Of a stretch of DNA of 64,000 bases, positions 62,601-64,000 are shown piece after piece. The stretch lies in assembly GCA_963775425.1 (NCBI GenBank), contig CAVZJB010000005.1:384001-448000 (forward strand). The letters run 5' to 3'. Origin of the DNA: an uncultured delta proteobacterium (lineage in GTDB: Bacteria > Myxococcota > UBA727 > VGSZ01). Made by a program: the position numbers and the translations under genes. Below the pieces are notes generated by a model, which was given only the letters and a program-made list of their open reading frames with translations, was not told the origin of the DNA and made no database searches. The first letter of the stretch is position 1. Each line of letters starts with the position of its first letter.

Positions 62601-63422
62601 CCGCTGCTGCCGGCGCCGCGCAAGGGCGCCATGGCCGTCACGCACGGCGGCAAGGTGCACGTCATCGGCGGGGAAGGCAGCGACGGCAGCCCCGTGGCCA
62701 CGGTGCTGCGGCTCGACGATCAGACCTGGACCACGCTCTCGGGCAGCATCCCGGTGAGCTACGGCGCGGCCTTCTCCATCCAGGGGCGCATCGCGGTGTT
62801 CGCGGGGCGCGTCTCGGGTGCGGTCTCGTCGTCGGTGATCGACTACGACGTCGCCGAAGAGCAGGTTCTGACGCCGCGCAACCCCACCGAGCTCCTGACG
62901 CCGGCGCTCGATCGCTTCGCGGCGACGTCGCTCAACGGGCGCCTGTTCTTCTTCGGCGGCAACGCCAACGCCGACATCGGTCCGAGCGGGGTGGTGACCG
63001 TGGTGGAGCTCGACGGCCGCTGCTTCGACGGTGTGCTGGACGGCACGGAGACCGCCGGCGGAGCCAACGGCGCCGATGACGGGGGCGGCTGCCCCGACGC
63101 CGGCTTCCTGCACCACACGGGCTTCCCCGGCGAGACCTTCGTCAGCGAGACGCAGGGCAGCATCACATCGGTGCAAAGCGCCATCGACGCCTGCAACGCG
63201 CACTTCGGTTCGGGCAGCTGCGCGCTCGACACGAGCTGCGACAACACCAACGGCTGCTTCACGGTGGTCCCGAGCTCGAGGCACTGCACGTGCGCCAGCG
63301 GGCCGGCATGGCACATCGGCACCACCACCTGTTACGGCGGCAGCAACATCGACGTGGCGGGCCGCGTCTCGAACTTCAGCGGCACTTGCAACGGCGGCAG
63401 CCTCGTCGGCAACTGGGACTGA
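59664..63422 (+). CDS. large lipoprotein: Cys-rich repeats, Ig-like and chitobiase/FN3-associated domain, about 12 kelch repeats
   Basis: AIGC lipobox; CS..NP.G.C repeats; FFTTDGSDP; many (I/V)Y(V/A)xGG...W..MP kelch units. Confidence 0.85.
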   Translation: MRAIRLSPVLPRLFAVPALAALFAIGCQPEGFYPKNDVKRPPAGDCSADVPDGVCPDGQTCRAGACLDDALFCSADVPTGVCASTDETCLDGACVPTADLCSDQNPDGQCATDLACHGGVCATDAPCAADEPLGFCDTGLACLDGTCVDRATLCSATNTSGDCRQDTACVDGTCVDGALLCSPANANGLCAQGESCVGGGCRTPDELCSNDNPTGACDAGLACVDGACVDASQACGCTATQTCIDGICRDPAQLCSTDNPTGVCENGASCVAGNCEDLGAACSPQNLTGVCPPGELCESGACNALDGTALCDDNNECTDDAFDPVRNRCVNTPRDGSCDDGNACTTNQCVDGQCTGTPVSGCIEPPVIDPVVSPTNVGELALSGTKPAGASVQVNGLEAVPENPDTTWSVTVNLTPGDNAFQIKSINGATESAVRELHVVYDITPPVTRVTPDGGSFLSGVTATLAASEPATVFFTTDGSDPDDTSASFSSEKRLRVFSDTHLRLRARDLAGNLEEQIVDVAFSVTGRGTAWQDGPTLAAGLSLAGATTTGPDVFIAGGTSGLAPQAGAYSYSIADDTFTTLPSMSGARDSLALVAVGNDVYAIGGENAGTPLNRVELLADGASSWVQRAAMPSTRHSLAAVAVGTKIYVFGGKTNGGAVLDNVEVYDIAGDSWSNAVAQMPRPRAGFGAVVIDGLVYLVGGEAADGSRVTDLDVYNPDNDSWSTRAPLPTGRSYLGVTAALNRGAITSGERAISAAGGLLVGDAPTAVVEEYIIDEDVWRPRAPLPAPRHSAASVTVVTSGGLDSEEGEGWLIGGQEGSNVVATTRALRTDLDYARALPDLPAARFLHVAAALDDRIYLFGGRNFTEETGAYAFDPETGTYEELPPLPSVQNGPGGVAVGGRVYAFGGANEFANAVPTTRAYDPALHQWVELSPMTSARRDVAVTAVGNDVYVIGGENGGALQTVEIYDVATDQWRTGPLLPAPRKGAMAVTHGGKVHVIGGEGSDGSPVATVLRLDDQTWTTLSGSIPVSYGAAFSIQGRIAVFAGRVSGAVSSSVIDYDVAEEQVLTPRNPTELLTPALDRFAATSLNGRLFFFGGNANADIGPSGVVTVVELDGRCFDGVLDGTETAGGANGADDGGGCPDAGFLHHTGFPGETFVSETQGSITSVQSAIDACNAHFGSGSCALDTSCDNTNGCFTVVPSSRHCTCASGPAWHIGTTTCYGGSNIDVAGRVSNFSGTCNGGSLVGNWD

Positions 63423-63478
63423 TGCGAGGCGCGCAGCGGCATTGCCAGGGCGCGCCTCCGCGGTAGACGAGAGGGCGC

Positions 63479-64000
63479 GTGCTTCCTTCGCAAGTGCCCT
63501 GGGCCGTGCTCTTCCGCGTCGTCGCCGTGTGCGGCGCCGTGGTTCCCGGCCCGTGCACGTTCGACACGCACCGGGAGTTCGACTGCTCCCTCGGCGAGCT
63601 GTGCCCGCGCAACTTCGCGTGCGCCGATGACGGCTTCTGCAAGAGCGCCGACATCGCCTGCGCCGACGGCGAGACGCGCTGCGCGTATCCGGGCGTCGAC
63701 CGCGTGGCCATCTGTGTCGCCGACGAGGACCTCTCGTCGTCCAAGACCCACTGCGGCGGCTGCTTTCAGCGCTGCCTGGGCGCGGGCACGTGCAACGACG
63801 GCGTCTGCGAGGGCGCGCCCGCCGACGGCCGCTGCCTGCGCTCGCGCGGCAACTTCGATTGCGCCGGCGGCGCCGGCTGCGTCGACGACGGCAACGGCGA
63901 CGACGGCGTCTGCCGCACCGGCGCCGTCGGAGACGCCGGCACGCTCGAGGCGTGCAAGAGCGGCGACGACTGCGAGGACGGCCTGTGCAGCCATGGGCTC
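63479..64000 (+). CDS. Cys-rich secreted protein, partial (runs off window)
   Basis: Open frame from GTG 63479: hydrophobic N-terminus, then C-rich repeats incl. HCGGCFQRC. Confidence 0.65.
   Translation, partial: MLPSQVPWAVLFRVVAVCGAVVPGPCTFDTHREFDCSLGELCPRNFACADDGFCKSADIACADGETRCAYPGVDRVAICVADEDLSSSKTHCGGCFQRCLGAGTCNDGVCEGAPADGRCLRSRGNFDCAGGAGCVDDGNGDDGVCRTGAVGDAGTLEACKSGDDCEDGLCSHGL

Overview
Very GC-rich bacterial DNA, most likely Myxococcota/deltaproteobacterial: it has Myxococcus Cys-rich CDDGN repeats, MYXO-CTERM-like tails, poly-(Gly-Glu) linkers and an ECF/FecR-TPR operon. About 50 genes are visible. Housekeeping genes include ileS (type 2, frameshifted), msrA, pepN-like M1 peptidase, nadA, nadB, nhaA, a K+/H+ antiporter and an ACMSD-like amidohydrolase; there are many secreted or lipoprotein genes. 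No rRNA, tRNA or CRISPR array was seen. Highlights: (1) A 4293-bp intragenic inversion (28691-32983) with only a 2-bp GC overlap splits a giant Cys-rich surface-protein gene. Flipping it back restores frame at both junctions, and removing a separate 4-bp duplication gives one 1963-aa ORF. (2) An operon has a SycD/LcrH-like TPR chaperone followed by a PP2C-phosphatase protein and a 1427-aa protein combining a CCA/poly(A)-polymerase-like nucleotidyltransferase, a PNP-family domain and a second minimal nucleotidyltransferase. It is a candidate secreted-effector or nucleotide-targeting system. (3) An ECF-sigma/FecR cluster carries YceI, a Cyc2-like CxxCH-beta-barrel fusion and a surface-anchored monoheme protein, with a Tat Rieske protein and a diheme lipoprotein alongside. 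(4) A bacterial temptin-like domain carries a CxxCH motif. Several 1-nt indels suggest residual assembly errors. All domain calls were made by eye from motifs; no searches were run.
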